Below, in pieces: positions 12,595-24,380 of a stretch of 64,000 bases of DNA. Each line of letters starts with the position of its first letter. Positions within the stretch are counted from its first letter, which is position 1. The stretch comes from Euprymna scolopes (Eukaryota): the NCBI GenBank assembly GCA_053919585.1, contig CM132794.1, one strand, 5' to 3'. The notes under the pieces are model-generated. The model was not told the DNA's origin and searched no databases. It worked only from the letters and a program-made list of their open reading frames with translations. A program made the translations under genes and the position numbers.

Positions 12595-13006
12595 ACCCTG
12601 CTCTGAAGATTCCCGAAAGGATGAAACACTAATGTCTGTAGGTATTTAATAATTATTATAGTAAATAATTATGTCAGCCCCTTTAAGAAACTCGTTTCTT
12701 ATCGTTGAGCACTTTCAGTTGAATTAAGTCGGTCAATTTAGCTCTTATGCGCAGATCATCATATAATGATTAGATCACTCTGACTGACGTAAAAAACATT
12801 TAAAAATAAAATGTTTAAATTTCAACGTTATTTCACGCGCGATTAACGGTAGCCGAATGGATACGGTTTTTGCTAATGAAGACAGAGATGGCTTATGTTG
12901 CCGGGTTCGAATCTGTGATTGGTGTTAATAGTGACACCCTGTACTGAAGATTCTTGAAAGGATGAAACACTAGTGTCTGTAGGTATTTAATAATTATTAT
13001 AGTAAA

Positions 13007-13013
<7 letters not shown>
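12593..13013 (+). mobile_element. Retrozyme-like element: tRNA-type A/B boxes between two direct-repeat type I hammerheads (341-nt monomer)
   Basis: Direct repeats of about 80 bp (12593-12672 and 12934-13013), each with CTGAAGA..GAAAC-acta(a/g)t-GTC. A box TAGCCGAATGG at 12850, B box GGGTTCGAATC at 12903. Embedded in (TA)n. Confidence 0.7.
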
Positions 13014-13081
<68 letters not shown>

Positions 13082-13691
13082 AGAGAGACAGAGACGGAGA
13101 GTATCGTAAGTCATTTTCTATCGTAATGGATTCCGAGAAAAATCCATGATAAATTTATCGAATCACAGTTTATATTCTTTGTTGTTGCTTCCTAGATAAT
13201 TAACCGTGGCGTCTATTTTGTTTCGCAATCATCATTTGGGCCTTGAGGTATTTGCCATTATTATCCAGCAAATTATGTACCATTGCTAACTGTGTGAATT
13301 CTATTCAGAATGAACACAGTGAAAACAACCGTGTCAATCCACACGATTGCATTTAACTGTGACCGAAAGCAATTCTACTTATTCATTTCTTTAATGATCA
13401 TAGTTTTCGGAATGGACACACTATAAACACAAAATTCCTTTCTTAATGCAAATACCAATGAATATTGATCTCGTTTCATTTTCGAAATCATTCGAACATA
13501 GACTTCGATTAATGTTCTATTTTTAATCATTATATTTATTGTCAGATAAATGGTCGATGTCGAATGGAGTCTGGGCTATATTAAATGTTTGGATTGGTTA
13601 AGTAAACAGGATCACGTGTAAATCCATCACTTTATCTCTATCTCTCTTCCCCCCTCTCTCTCTTTCTTTCTCCTTCTCTCTCTCTCTGCTT

Positions 13692-15221
13692 TCATAAGAC
13701 CACTTAAGAAAGTAAGCGTTTACGCATATTATCGAATTTTAATCAAACAAATGGTTGAAACCATTGCCAAAAGGGAAAATATGATGGAAAAAAAATGAAA
13801 TCTTCTTCATTCGAAACCTTAACCCTGATCTAATAATTATTTTTTAAAAAACAAACATTTTCACCTGGTCAAACTGATAAGACCACTGATAATTTATCTT
13901 ACAAAAGGCAATTATAAATTACTAAAAAGGGTCTCAGTATTTAGTATAGCCTCCATTATTACAAATTACTTCAAAAATTCTCTTCGGCATGCTTGCGACT
14001 AAGTTTTTTTTATCAGTTGTGAAGGAATTTTATCCCGTGTACTGAAAACTGAATCAGAAAGTTCCTTTATTGAATCATACTGGGTTCCATCCTTGAACAC
14101 TTCTTTTGCCATCCATCCCCAACGATTTTAAATGGGATTGAGGTCCGGAGAACATGCTGGATGATCTAACAATTCTATATTATTTGAAGAAAAGTATTCT
14201 CTTGCTTGTCGAGAAGTGTGTATCGCAGCGTTGTCTTGCTGGAAAATCCAATTTCTTCCACACAGACGTAGACCTTCAATCCTGATAGAAGCATTTTCAA
14301 GCATTGAAATGTACTTCAATGATGTTTGCCGGCCTTTCACTACTTGCAACTTTAGGGTCCCAGCTGAGGAGAAAGCACCCCGGATCATTAAAGACCCTCC
14401 TCCACTATACCGAGTTGAAAAAGTCTCTTTGGGCAAATTTGTATCATGCCAATAGTGTTGAAATCCATCTGGACCATCTAGATTAAACTTTTTCTCATCG
14501 GAGAAAATTACATTTTCCCACTTCTTTTCATCCAAAGTCTGGTATTTGGCGGCATATTTAAGTCGGTTAGATTTGTGCTGTTCAAGAAGACGTGGTTTCT
14601 GCAGTCGCTTTAAATGATTGAAACCCTTCATTTTCAGATACCTCCTGATAGTTTTAGGACTACATTCTGCTACTGTTTGGCTTTTCAATCGACTTGAGCT
14701 CATACTGGAGTTTGTTTTAAACTTCTTCTGATACGGCGATCCAGTGATGGGGTTATTTTTTTTGGTCGACTTGGACACTTTTTGTGCCAATATTGATCCG
14801 GATTTCTTAAAAAATTTGTAATGACCGTTTTGCTACGATTCACTTCGTTTGCAATGAATCTATGGGAGAGTCCACCCCTATTAAGCTCAAAGATCCGTCC
14901 TCTCTCAAGCTCTGATAATGGTCCCCTTTTTGCCATTTATAATTTAGTAAAATGTTTTTATCCCCTAACAAGTTGCTTTTAGTAACATAGAAAGCTTTTC
15001 GTATTCATTTTTCAAAACTAGCCGATTTTATTAAAGTGGTCTTATCATTTTGGCCAGGTGAAAATGTTTGTTTTTTTAAAAAATAATTATTAGATCAGAT
15101 TTCATTTTTTCCCATCATATTTCCTCTTTTGGCAATGGTTTCAACCATTTGTTTGATTAAAAATTCGATAATATGCGTAAACGCTTACTTTCTTAAGTGG
15201 TCTTATGATTTTGACCAGGAC

Positions 15222-15223
<2 letters not shown>
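13692..15223 (-). mobile_element. Tc1/mariner DNA transposon, Tc3-like, with about 190-bp IR/DR terminal repeats
   Basis: Inverted repeats at 13692-13887 and about 15035-15223 (outer end cagtcctggtcaaaatcataagaccac), with an inner DR copy. The left outer ~15 bp are missing. Confidence 0.9.
13934..14936 (-). pseudogene. Tc3-like DD34E transposase pseudogene
   Basis: HTH N-terminus MAKRGPLSELERGRI, frameshift near 14700-14710, then VIFSDEKKFNLDGPDG, FQQDNAAIH and PACSPDLNPI* (catalytic E mutated to stop). C-terminus ..NNGGYTKY*. Confidence 0.9.
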
Positions 15224-15278
<55 letters not shown>

Positions 15279-15552
15279 TTATTTTCTTTTTGTGTGTATT
15301 GATATTTGTAATAAAAACCCTTTTTCCTATTCATTTAAAAAGAAAATGCAAGGGGTCATTGAATTTCATTGATCTACAAAAGTAAATTTGCATATTCTTT
15401 TAAACATTTATTTTAATTAATTCCCTATTAGTTTTTTCAGTTTCCTTATGGGATAATAATCTTCAGTTAACTATTACGTGTAATTATATTCATGCATATA
15501 TTCTACATCATTTATATTTGCGTAAAAAAGTTATAGTAAGCACGAACCTCTT

Positions 15553-16043
15553 TCTATATATATTTATGTATGCGTATGTATATTTGTTTTAAAAGGTTTG
15601 CTCCCAAAACTCCTCCATCAGTTTTTGGTCTACAGACAGGAAACTTATATATAGGGTAATCGAACCCATGCGAAACTTTTTATTTGGGATTTAGCCGGAG
15701 AAAATCGGTGATAGAGTGCGAAAAAAAGATGCAATTTGGCAAATGAAGGTTACGAATATGCATGAGTAACGCAATAGCTTTTGGTTAATGTTCTCATTTT
15801 TAGCCTTGCAGCAAACATCTCTTCATCGCTCAGGCATTAACGTAAAAGGAAAAAGTAAATCGTAAGCTAAACGTTTTGGTATTGACTCTCGGTGGTGGCG
15901 CACGAGTTATTTTTCTTTACCTTTTGAAATCATTATTGTATATTGTATCCAATATAATATAATAATAAATACGAAACCTGCATTAATCAAAATATGCTAA
16001 TTATGCATATTTTGCGACCGGGCAATTCCGGGAGGCTTGCTAG
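15553..16043 (+). mobile_element. Non-autonomous Helitron-like element
   Basis: TCTATATA start. 3' ccgggcaattccggg hairpin, then CTAG at 16040-16043. Confidence 0.55.
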
Positions 16044-16044
16044 A

Positions 16045-16086
<42 letters not shown>

Positions 16087-16089
<3 letters not shown>

Positions 16090-16540
16090 TTATGGGACGA
16101 TTCCAATAGTTTTCCCGATTCCGATACAATTAACGATTCCGTGCTAAATTCCTGATTTCGATACAAATTACCGATTCCGATTCTTTATAAATCTCTAAAT
16201 ATTTTACTATAAAATTTTCATTTTTCCCGATTAGAGTAAAAACGCATCTTGAATGTGCATGTATTTTCTTAAACGTAAAAACACACTTATGACGGGATGA
16301 TCTAGAGATTTTGATCTTACTGGAAGTTTAAATCAATAAATATTTATTATTTTATGATTACTAAAAGCAGTGGAAGTTGTGTTATCAAAACAAAATTAAA
16401 TAAAATAGATAATTAAAGGAATCTGTTTTGGCATCGGAAGTTGGCTCAAATTTTCCCGATTCAGATACCGATTCCGATACCCCAAAAGCTCCGATTTTTC
16501 TGATTCCCGATTCAGATACCGATTAATCGTCCCAGCACTA
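16087..16540. mobile_element. hAT-like MITE (TIR tagt..tgggacgatt / aatcgtcccagcacta; subterminal (ccgatt)n)
   Basis: TIRs with near-identical 8-bp flanks atatatat/atgtatat. Related copies at about 620-750, 31036-31460, 33885-34490, 42803-43195 and 60710-60790. Confidence 0.7.
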
Positions 16541-17089
16541 ATGTATATATATATATACTGACTGTATAAGGTGCTCGGCGTTGTCAGGTCGGAATATATT
16601 GCCGGGCGGTGTGTTTAGTCACATACTATTAAAGATACTCTTTCATTTATTACTCTTTCATCGCAACAAATGCGAAACTATGACCGGGAAGTGGGATTAG
16701 AAAAGACAGCGCCCCAAAGGAGAAGCACCCTGACTCTGCAAAAAGTATATATGCAGCCCCGTAAGCATTCTCTGGCAGAAACACCTCAAGCTATTAACAA
16801 TAAACTGACCCCTTCTAAAATAGAGAAAGCAAAGCCAAGTAGGTATCTTACAACTGCACATAACCGACATAACATCGCAATCAGTAGGAAACACGTCATT
16901 ACAGATAAGGAATTTTCTAACCATAAACAACTTCATTAATGTAGATTGCCTTTTAATAAGTAGGATATATAGAAACCATGTTGTAATAAAAATGTATAAA
17001 ATTCGTTTTAAGTATAAAAATTACATTGTAGAAGGGTACTTTCGTACATGTTAATCGCATTGTGAACAAACATAGAGGAAAACGTCTTT

Positions 17090-17174
<85 letters not shown>

Positions 17175-17392
17175 ATGATTTTCCTGGGGGTACAAAACTT
17201 TATTAAGACAATCATGAAGGGAAGACGTATTTTTTTTAATATAAAATGAATTCCGAAGGAATACGTCTTCCCTTCATGATTGCCTTAATATATATGGTGA
17301 TTGTCACTTCTTGACAGAAGAAGACCATCTTTCCCTTGCTTTATTGTTGATTACTCAATCATTTTCATGTATCTTTTTAAATATCTTTTCTT

Positions 17393-17434
<42 letters not shown>

Positions 17435-18088
17435 GGAAGCCTAAATCAATTAGAGAAATTATTTAAAACATTATTTCGTGCCTAATGTTGTTATCGCTAG
17501 ACGTCGCATCTCTAATATGCTACCTAGCACCTTCTTTCCTCTTCTGATGAGAAGCATTAGGATTCGAAATATTTAGGAATAAAGAGCATATTTATCCTCC
17601 ACTCCTAATTGAAGTAATTGAATCCATGATTAAATTTATATGCATTAATATATAATTTTATGTTCTCATTTTTTTTCATATACACACACACACATACATA
17701 TTTATTCCTCTATTTATATNNNNNNNNNNNNNNNNNNNNNNNNNNNNNNNNNNNNNNNNNNNNNNNNNNNNNNNNNNNNNNNNNNNNNNNNNNNNNNNNN
17801 NNNNNNNNNNNNNNNNNNNNNNNNNNNNNNNNNNNNNNNNNNNNNNNNNNNNNTCGGTTCGGTAGCGATATACTGACGTTTAGACGAACAAGTGTGAAAT
17901 ATTCCTTCAACTTCTCATCAACAACTCCCCTAATTAGTAACACGAAGCGTAAAATTCTGATTGAAATGGTTAAACCCTTGCTGGCTTTCTCATTTGCGAC
18001 CTGATGGAGGAAAAATAAATTTATGGTGAGATATAGCCAACTGGTCGTGTTGAATTTTTACTTTTATATATATAGTTATATGAATCGA

Positions 18089-18124
<36 letters not shown>

Positions 18125-18659
18125 AAGAGAGAGAGGGGACATAAATAACAATAAAGACGAGATGCATTTGGATTCGATAACGAAGAAGAGCGCATGAAAG
18201 ATGCCATCATAAATTGAATAAGTGGAAAAGAATGTGTAGCGCCAACAATGATGAAAGATTTCATGAAACGGGGAGATGAGATTTACAAACACTATCTTAA
18301 CATCTGATGATTTCAGTTTTATTTGGACTAGATAATGAGGTAGAAGTCGTCGTCGTATTTGGTTATAATCAATAACCAACCTGACAAGATTTGTTTAAGC
18401 CATACGTTAAGCTATTTAACTCAGTATTCGGGCGGAGAGAAATAGAGGGAAAGTCTTCTATAGGCAATTTTTAATAACATCTTAAACATAGTTTCAATGG
18501 TATTTTGTATGCGTATTAAAAATTTTTAATTCCTTAAAGATACTGCTAAGAATTTTTGCTAAATTTTATTATCATTTTTAAAATTTAATTTAATACTCTT
18601 TTCCTTATTTGTTCGAGTTTTTAGAAACCTACACACTGTACAGGAACCATATAAAAATG

Positions 18660-19195
18660 TTGGACGTAATACAACCCCCCCTTAAGAAAAGTTATGAAAA
18701 CTAAATGAATTATTGAAGTACTCAACAAGGCCAACATGGACAGCATAGAAGCCGTACTCCCAACCACACAACTGCAATAGACTGAGCATGTGGCCGGAAT
18801 GGAAAACAATCGCTTCCAAAAACTCCTATTGTATTGAGAATTGGAAAATTGTACAGAAAGATTAGCGGGCAAAATCTCCGCCACAAAGATGTGATAAGAC
18901 GCCACCTACAGGCAATGAATATGAACACCAAAAATTGGGAAGAGCTAGCCGCAAACCGAATTTGCTAGCGAAGTAGCCTTCACAAAGGAAAAGCAGTAAT
19001 AGAGGCAAAATTAAAGGCCAGTTCTGAACAAAATAATTACCAAAAGTACAACCCTGGTAACTACCCATGCACTACTTGTGGGGAAACTTTCCACACTGAG
19101 CGTGAAATGTTACAACAGTGTATGATAAAGCACCGAGATCTTGATTAGTCATCCTCAGCTATGAAGGACTGTGTGATGATAATGATAATGATGAT
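18660..19195 (+). mobile_element. RTE-clade LINE 3' end, decayed
   Basis: IEVLNKANMDSIEAVL..QLQ*TEHVAGMENNRFQKLLLY*EL..QNLRHKDVIRRHL (RTE C-terminal pattern), with a (TGA/TAA)n tail. Confidence 0.75.
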
Positions 19196-19589
19196 TTTTC
19201 TTTACACTATAAAGGATGACTACAGACTTGCTGATTTCAAGTCTAATTTAACAAATTCTTGTCGAATCGTTCTCTTAAATAATCCAGTTCTGCTAGTTTC
19301 AATCATCGTTACCAATCCTCACATTGTTGTTCAGCCATGACCTTGAGAAATTCTTTAACCTTTATCCTCGAATAACCTTTAACCTTGATAAGAAGTGACT
19401 TGGTAGTGGAAAAAAATTGCTAAAAAGTTGATAATTGACAATAATGTAAGACATAGTATAGTTTTGGGAATCCATTTATTCTTCGGCCAATAAAATCAAC
19501 AGAGATTAGACCATATCTATAATGATCTGGTTCTTGTTGACTGCGGTGTAATGTTGTTCCTGTGCGGTTCTAGAAAGTTCATCTTCCGA

Positions 19590-19750
19590 AGCTTTGCCTT
19601 CTCTCTTTGAGAGGAGGTTAATTGCTAATTGCCTGAGGGGCTTCTACCAGAGAATGTCGACGGCCTACTCAGGCAATTTTTGCAGGCCAGAGTGCGTCTC
19701 CTCGTCTTAGCCAAATTGAAACACATCCACCTTTTGTGGAACAATAACGT
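19590..19750 (+). repeat. Structured GC-rich fragment homologous to the 3' part of the 3190-3955 units, with U4-like motifs
   Basis: Shares ttgcc-hairpin-ggag, attgc..gcctgagg..cgacgg..tactcaggcaatttttgca with the dimer units. Perfect 11-bp stem aattgcctgag/ctcaggcaatt. Confidence 0.65.
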
Positions 19751-20328
19751 ATTGGGGATGATAGTAACTTCTGATAGTAACTTCACGGTTTCTGCGAACT
19801 CCAGATCTTTTGTCTTTTAGTAGCCTACGAATCTTCTGTGTTCTGCACTTGCTAACTTCTATAAAAGTAGGCGAACTTTTTTGTATTAGGCTACTCTTCG
19901 CAAAAGACGTTAAAAAGGTCCTCATACCTTCTAAATAAACGACGAACGTTTTGTCTTCATCGAGGACGCAGGTAAAGATCTCCATAGTGTTCCATATCAT
20001 ATTTTGTAAGTCTCCGAGTTACTGTCAGTGTTTGGTTTATAATTCAACCTTTTGAGAAGCAATTCTTTCATATTTTCTAGTTGTTGGATCAGCCTTTTCT
20101 CTGTTCTTTTGTTATTGTAGAATTTTTTTTATGTTGTTATTGTTGTTGTAGCATCTTGAAGTCATCCATTTTGGAGAATTTTTTTTCAAGAGTAAAATTT
20201 ACTTATTCGAGAAAACTTTTCTCCTGATAGCCGCTGTAATACTGAATATTATTGGTTACAGCTTAATGCTGTTCGTTAAACAAAGTTTTCTTTGATTTAT
20301 TCTCTAAGTTTTAAATTGAAACTTCGTG

Positions 20329-20367
20329 TGCATCGGAATCGGGAAAAATATTGGCATCATCCAATCA

Positions 20368-20458
<91 letters not shown>

Positions 20459-22003
20459 AAAAAAGCACCCTATTTTCTTTTTCATCCCAGAGTTTTGTTT
20501 TAGATTTTTTGTCATTAATATGAATTCAACTGGACGTTATAATACGCAGCAGCGGAGCAGCGGGAGTGGGTGGGTGGGGGGAGGGAAACACGAGGCGTAC
20601 TTTGCCACAAAATTAGTTCTTCTGACCTAGAGGTAACACAGGGAATATTTTGGCAGGAACAATGTACCTGATATTCAACACTTGGTGGCCAAATTACAGG
20701 AGGCAGGAAGTGTGCAGATGCCTTACAAAGATATCAGTGGTTAAAATTGTTCGGCCATAATTCCTGACAGTATTCAGATTTTACGGGAAACGCGTTGAGG
20801 AATCCCCCAGAAAATCAACACGCACTTCTCTCACAAGGGATTAGCACTTCGAGAACATTAGTTTTTGAGGACCTTCTATAATTACCGTTATCTATTTCCC
20901 CCCCAAAATTCAGATCTTGCGGAAACAAACCTATTGCAATAAACGAAGCCGAGAAATCTTTGAAGATATCAGTCAAATGATTGAAAATGATCATGGCTTG
21001 CGTGATTTGATTATCTTTAGTGACGAGGCTCACTGTCACTTGAGTGATCATATCAACAAGCAGAATATGCGCTTCAGTGCTCAGACATAGTCCCATGTGC
21101 ATATCAATCATTCTCTTTGCCAACAAAAAGTGACTGTGTGTTGGGCCACCGGAAGAAATGGCATTATCAGGCTATGCTTCTTTTAGTAGGAGAATAAGAA
21201 TCAGGTGACAGTGCATACAGATTGTTACATAGCACTCATGCGGACAAAGTTCATTCCTGTACTGATAAATTCAAAGAATACCAACCTCCCATCATTCAGC
21301 TACTATTTGATCAACATTTATTCAAAACATTTCCCTTGGGAAATATTTTAAAAAAGAAAATAGGATGTCAATGTCATTTTGGACCACCCTATATATATAT
21401 ATATATATATGTATAAAGCTGTGTGTATGTGTGTGTATGTGTGTGTGCGTGTCTGGTCACGAATAGGCTCCTATATGGTTGGCTATTTAAAAAAAAACTG
21501 ATTACATATAATGATAGAAGTTGTATCGAGACACAGGAATGCGTATATTTGATCTCGCAGAACGGTGGTTCATTAAAATTGTGGGGTCTGCGTTCGCGCC
21601 TGGTCCACAAAGTATGGAAATAAAAAATTAAAAAATTAAAAAAAAACGTTTGCAAGTGTTTTTGATATAGATGTACATAAGACTACTTTGATAAGTATGT
21701 TTTACCTTAAGTAGGGATGGTATAATAAAATTGTGGGGTTTTCGTTCGCGCCTGGACTCCGTAGAATGGAAATAGGCCCAAACTTTAATAAAGATTTTTC
21801 ATATCTATCTGCGTAAGTATACTTTGATAATTATGTTTCAGTTTGAAGAAATATGAATGGAAATATATCACAAAGTTTAACAAGTTTTTTTTTAAATATA
21901 GATCCACAGAATATTGTGATAAGTGTTTCAGTGTGAACAGGTATGGTGTAATAACTTATGGGGTTTATCTATTTTATTTTTACTTTCATCATATTTTGCT
22001 TTG
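20329..22003 (+). repeat. About 1.67-kb segmental duplication (copy 1 of 31437-33109)
   Basis: Near-identical by eye. Includes the MITE end, the mariner remnant and part of a Helitron. Confidence 0.9.
20455..21390 (+). mobile_element. Decayed Tc1/mariner (DD37D/DD41D-type) transposon
   Basis: MNSTGRYNTQQR start, LIIFSDEAHCHLSDHINKQNMRF motif, KVTVCWA. Right end ..ttttggaccaccct-a. Confidence 0.75.
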
Positions 22004-22282
22004 TGCGGTTCGAAAACTTTTTCGATGTCCAAAAACATTTTTACATCATTGAGGGATTTTCATACTCCCATTTGAAAGAGTGTCTTGCTCGCTGAAAATG
22101 CTATGGCGTTTACAAATAGTTTCGATTTGTGATTACTAGTAAAAGTTTATCCCTTTCCTTTTTTTGTTTTTGAAATAATACATTTTGTTGGTGGCGGTCC
22201 TTTTTGAATTTGTGTTCTTATTTGCTAGATTGTTGTTGTTATAGGCATCCCTTTTATGAATTCGACTTTTTCAACGCTAAGG

Positions 22283-22511
22283 TGTTGTGACTCGAAAGGA
22301 CAATTAAGAACGACTCGGGCACAGTTATTGTTTAGAAGAAAGGTATTTACAACAAGAAAAATGACACAGAGAACGAGAGTTGTAGTACTTAACGCCAATA
22401 GGTCGTACTATGAAATACTCTCACGCACACACCACGAGAGTCAGTACCTCTCAGTATATTTATACTGTTAGTAAGCGTTCATTCTTTGCGTATGGGCGAG
22501 TCCTCACAACG
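22283..22511. mobile_element. Possible solo LTR
   Basis: Inverted termini tgttgtga...tcacaac(g), about 230 bp. No TSD seen. Confidence 0.3.
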
Positions 22512-22854
22512 ATAACAAAGAATGTTAGAAACATCCAAAGTGTGATACATAAGGAGGCAAAATTCATGTATGACGAAAATCAAAAGGTGTAACGAATAAA
22601 ATGCTTGGTAAATTAACATAACTCATAAGGTACTAGGTAAAATTTAGTTGTATATGACAATCTTACGGAGGTTGAAGGTTTAATCCTTGGTGCGAGTGAT
22701 ACGAGGAATACAATTATTAATTATTAAAGACTTTTACACGTTCATGGCTGACGAAACCGAAACATGCTATCCCCTCTGATTAAATAAACGGTTCCGTTCA
22801 AATTTCGTGCAAAATTTCCAATTTCGACAGAAAGATTCCAGAGATTAATACTAT

Positions 22855-22900
22855 ACACATCTGAGGAAGGTTCGAGCTTACTTGACCGAAACGTAGGGCG
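22855..22900 (+). ncRNA. Penelope-type hammerhead motif, stem I decayed
   Basis: CTGAGGA-a-ggttcgag-ctta-cttgacc-GAAAC-GTA. Similar decayed motifs at about 283-320 and 40227-40262. Confidence 0.45.
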
Positions 22901-23626
22901 AATAACACTTAATATGATGACGGTAGTGTGGATAATCCAAATAATACAAATTCCAAATGTTTTTGCATAAATGGGTTAGGTTAAATTTATTAGCATGACT
23001 AAGGCGAGGCTGAAACGAATCGTTAGCGATATGAATTTTGAAATAGTAAGTTAATTATAAAAAACTGAGAGACGCAAATCTAGAATAGAGGTAGATAAAT
23101 GTACAAGTCTCTTTCAACATTCATCCGAGCAAGAGAACTGATACAGTCATAGAAACTAATAGCACATCTAAACAGGTGATTGTTTTGCAATGAAATGGAT
23201 AAATTCATATTATACTCTATGTACTCAACAATTCAGTACTTGTTTATATTGGTGATCTTTTAAATAAACGCATTTCAGGTGAAAACGTTATTACGTACCT
23301 ACGTGACGTAGTGAAATTATAAATTCGAATAATTACGAAAAATAATGCAGTGATAGATCTTCTACGTGTATTAAAAAATCGTTCACAATTACGTTCAGTT
23401 TTAAAATGTCGAACCCTTAATTTAATTTAAGTCAATTTAAGTAAAGGGAACTAAGTAAGCTTGTAATACTGAATTGGTCGCACGACTCTTCCACATTTAG
23501 ACATGCGATAAAATTATATGGTTTATATGCTATCCTGCACGGTGTGGGGACGTTGTGACAAGAAAAGTGAACCTTTATTTCTGACTTGCGAGACGTCTCT
23601 AAATAAGCAACAGCAGAGAGAAAATG

Positions 23627-23840
23627 GTGGCTAAGTGGCTAACGACGTGGACTGATAACCTGAGTGTGCTAAATTCGTTCCACAGGAATGTTGGTAACCA
23701 TCACCTGGTCCATCTCGTAGGTAGCTGATTCCCCACCCCCCAAATCTTAACTAGAAAGATACCGTGGAAACGAATGCCGACAATAATCATCCGATTCATA
23801 CTAAGTGAATCAATGATGCTCAGTAACGCAGCAGCAACAA
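23627..23840 (+). mobile_element. tRNA-derived SINE, degenerate
   Basis: A-box-like GTGGCTAAGTGG, weak B box, followed by a simple-repeat tail. Confidence 0.35.
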
Positions 23841-23929
23841 CAACCAGTCGTATTTCCACCACCACCATCATCATCATCGTCATCACCATCATAATCATCA
23901 TCATAGGCAGCAGTAGCAGCAGCAGCTTA

Positions 23930-24380
23930 CCTTACCCGTTTTGAGGGATAGCGGATATTGATTCAAAATCGAAAAACGCTGCTTATATTTACTTGATCAA
24001 ATGCAACGGATTGCCTTCAATAGACATTGTGAATTGGCACAAAATATTTACCAAAAGATCGAACTCCAATCTCTGGTCCCTCTTTAGTAAACATTCACAG
24101 CTAGACCTCGTCTTCTACCGCAAGTGCAAAAGCAAATTACTTTCTTTCCTTTCGTACCTAACACAAAACGAACATTTCCATGGACAGAGATTATCCCTAA
24201 AAATTACCACAGGACTCATTTCCTACCGGGTACAACATTGTCATCTTAAAGTATAATGTGTACAAATTCTTGTCATAAATCATCCTCATACGTGACCAAA
24301 TTTTGCTCATTTAATCCATTGTTTTCAATCCTCTCATAGTAGTTATTATCATCCAACTTAAAATTTTATTAACACTCATA
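23930..24380 (-). mobile_element. RTE-like LINE 3' remnant
   Basis: Minus strand KFGHV* (cf. RTE WFGHV), next to (CAG)/(CAT) tail repeats. Confidence 0.35.

Noticed and set aside
12845-12920. Functional tRNA genes (also 23627, 40095, 42550, 52661, 55680)
   Set aside because: A/B-box-like motifs are present, but there is no convincing cloverleaf or acceptor stem. These are repeat-associated.
19685-19745. HDV-like ribozyme (TCCTCG motif)
   Set aside because: P1 and P3 pairings cannot be formed in the required order.
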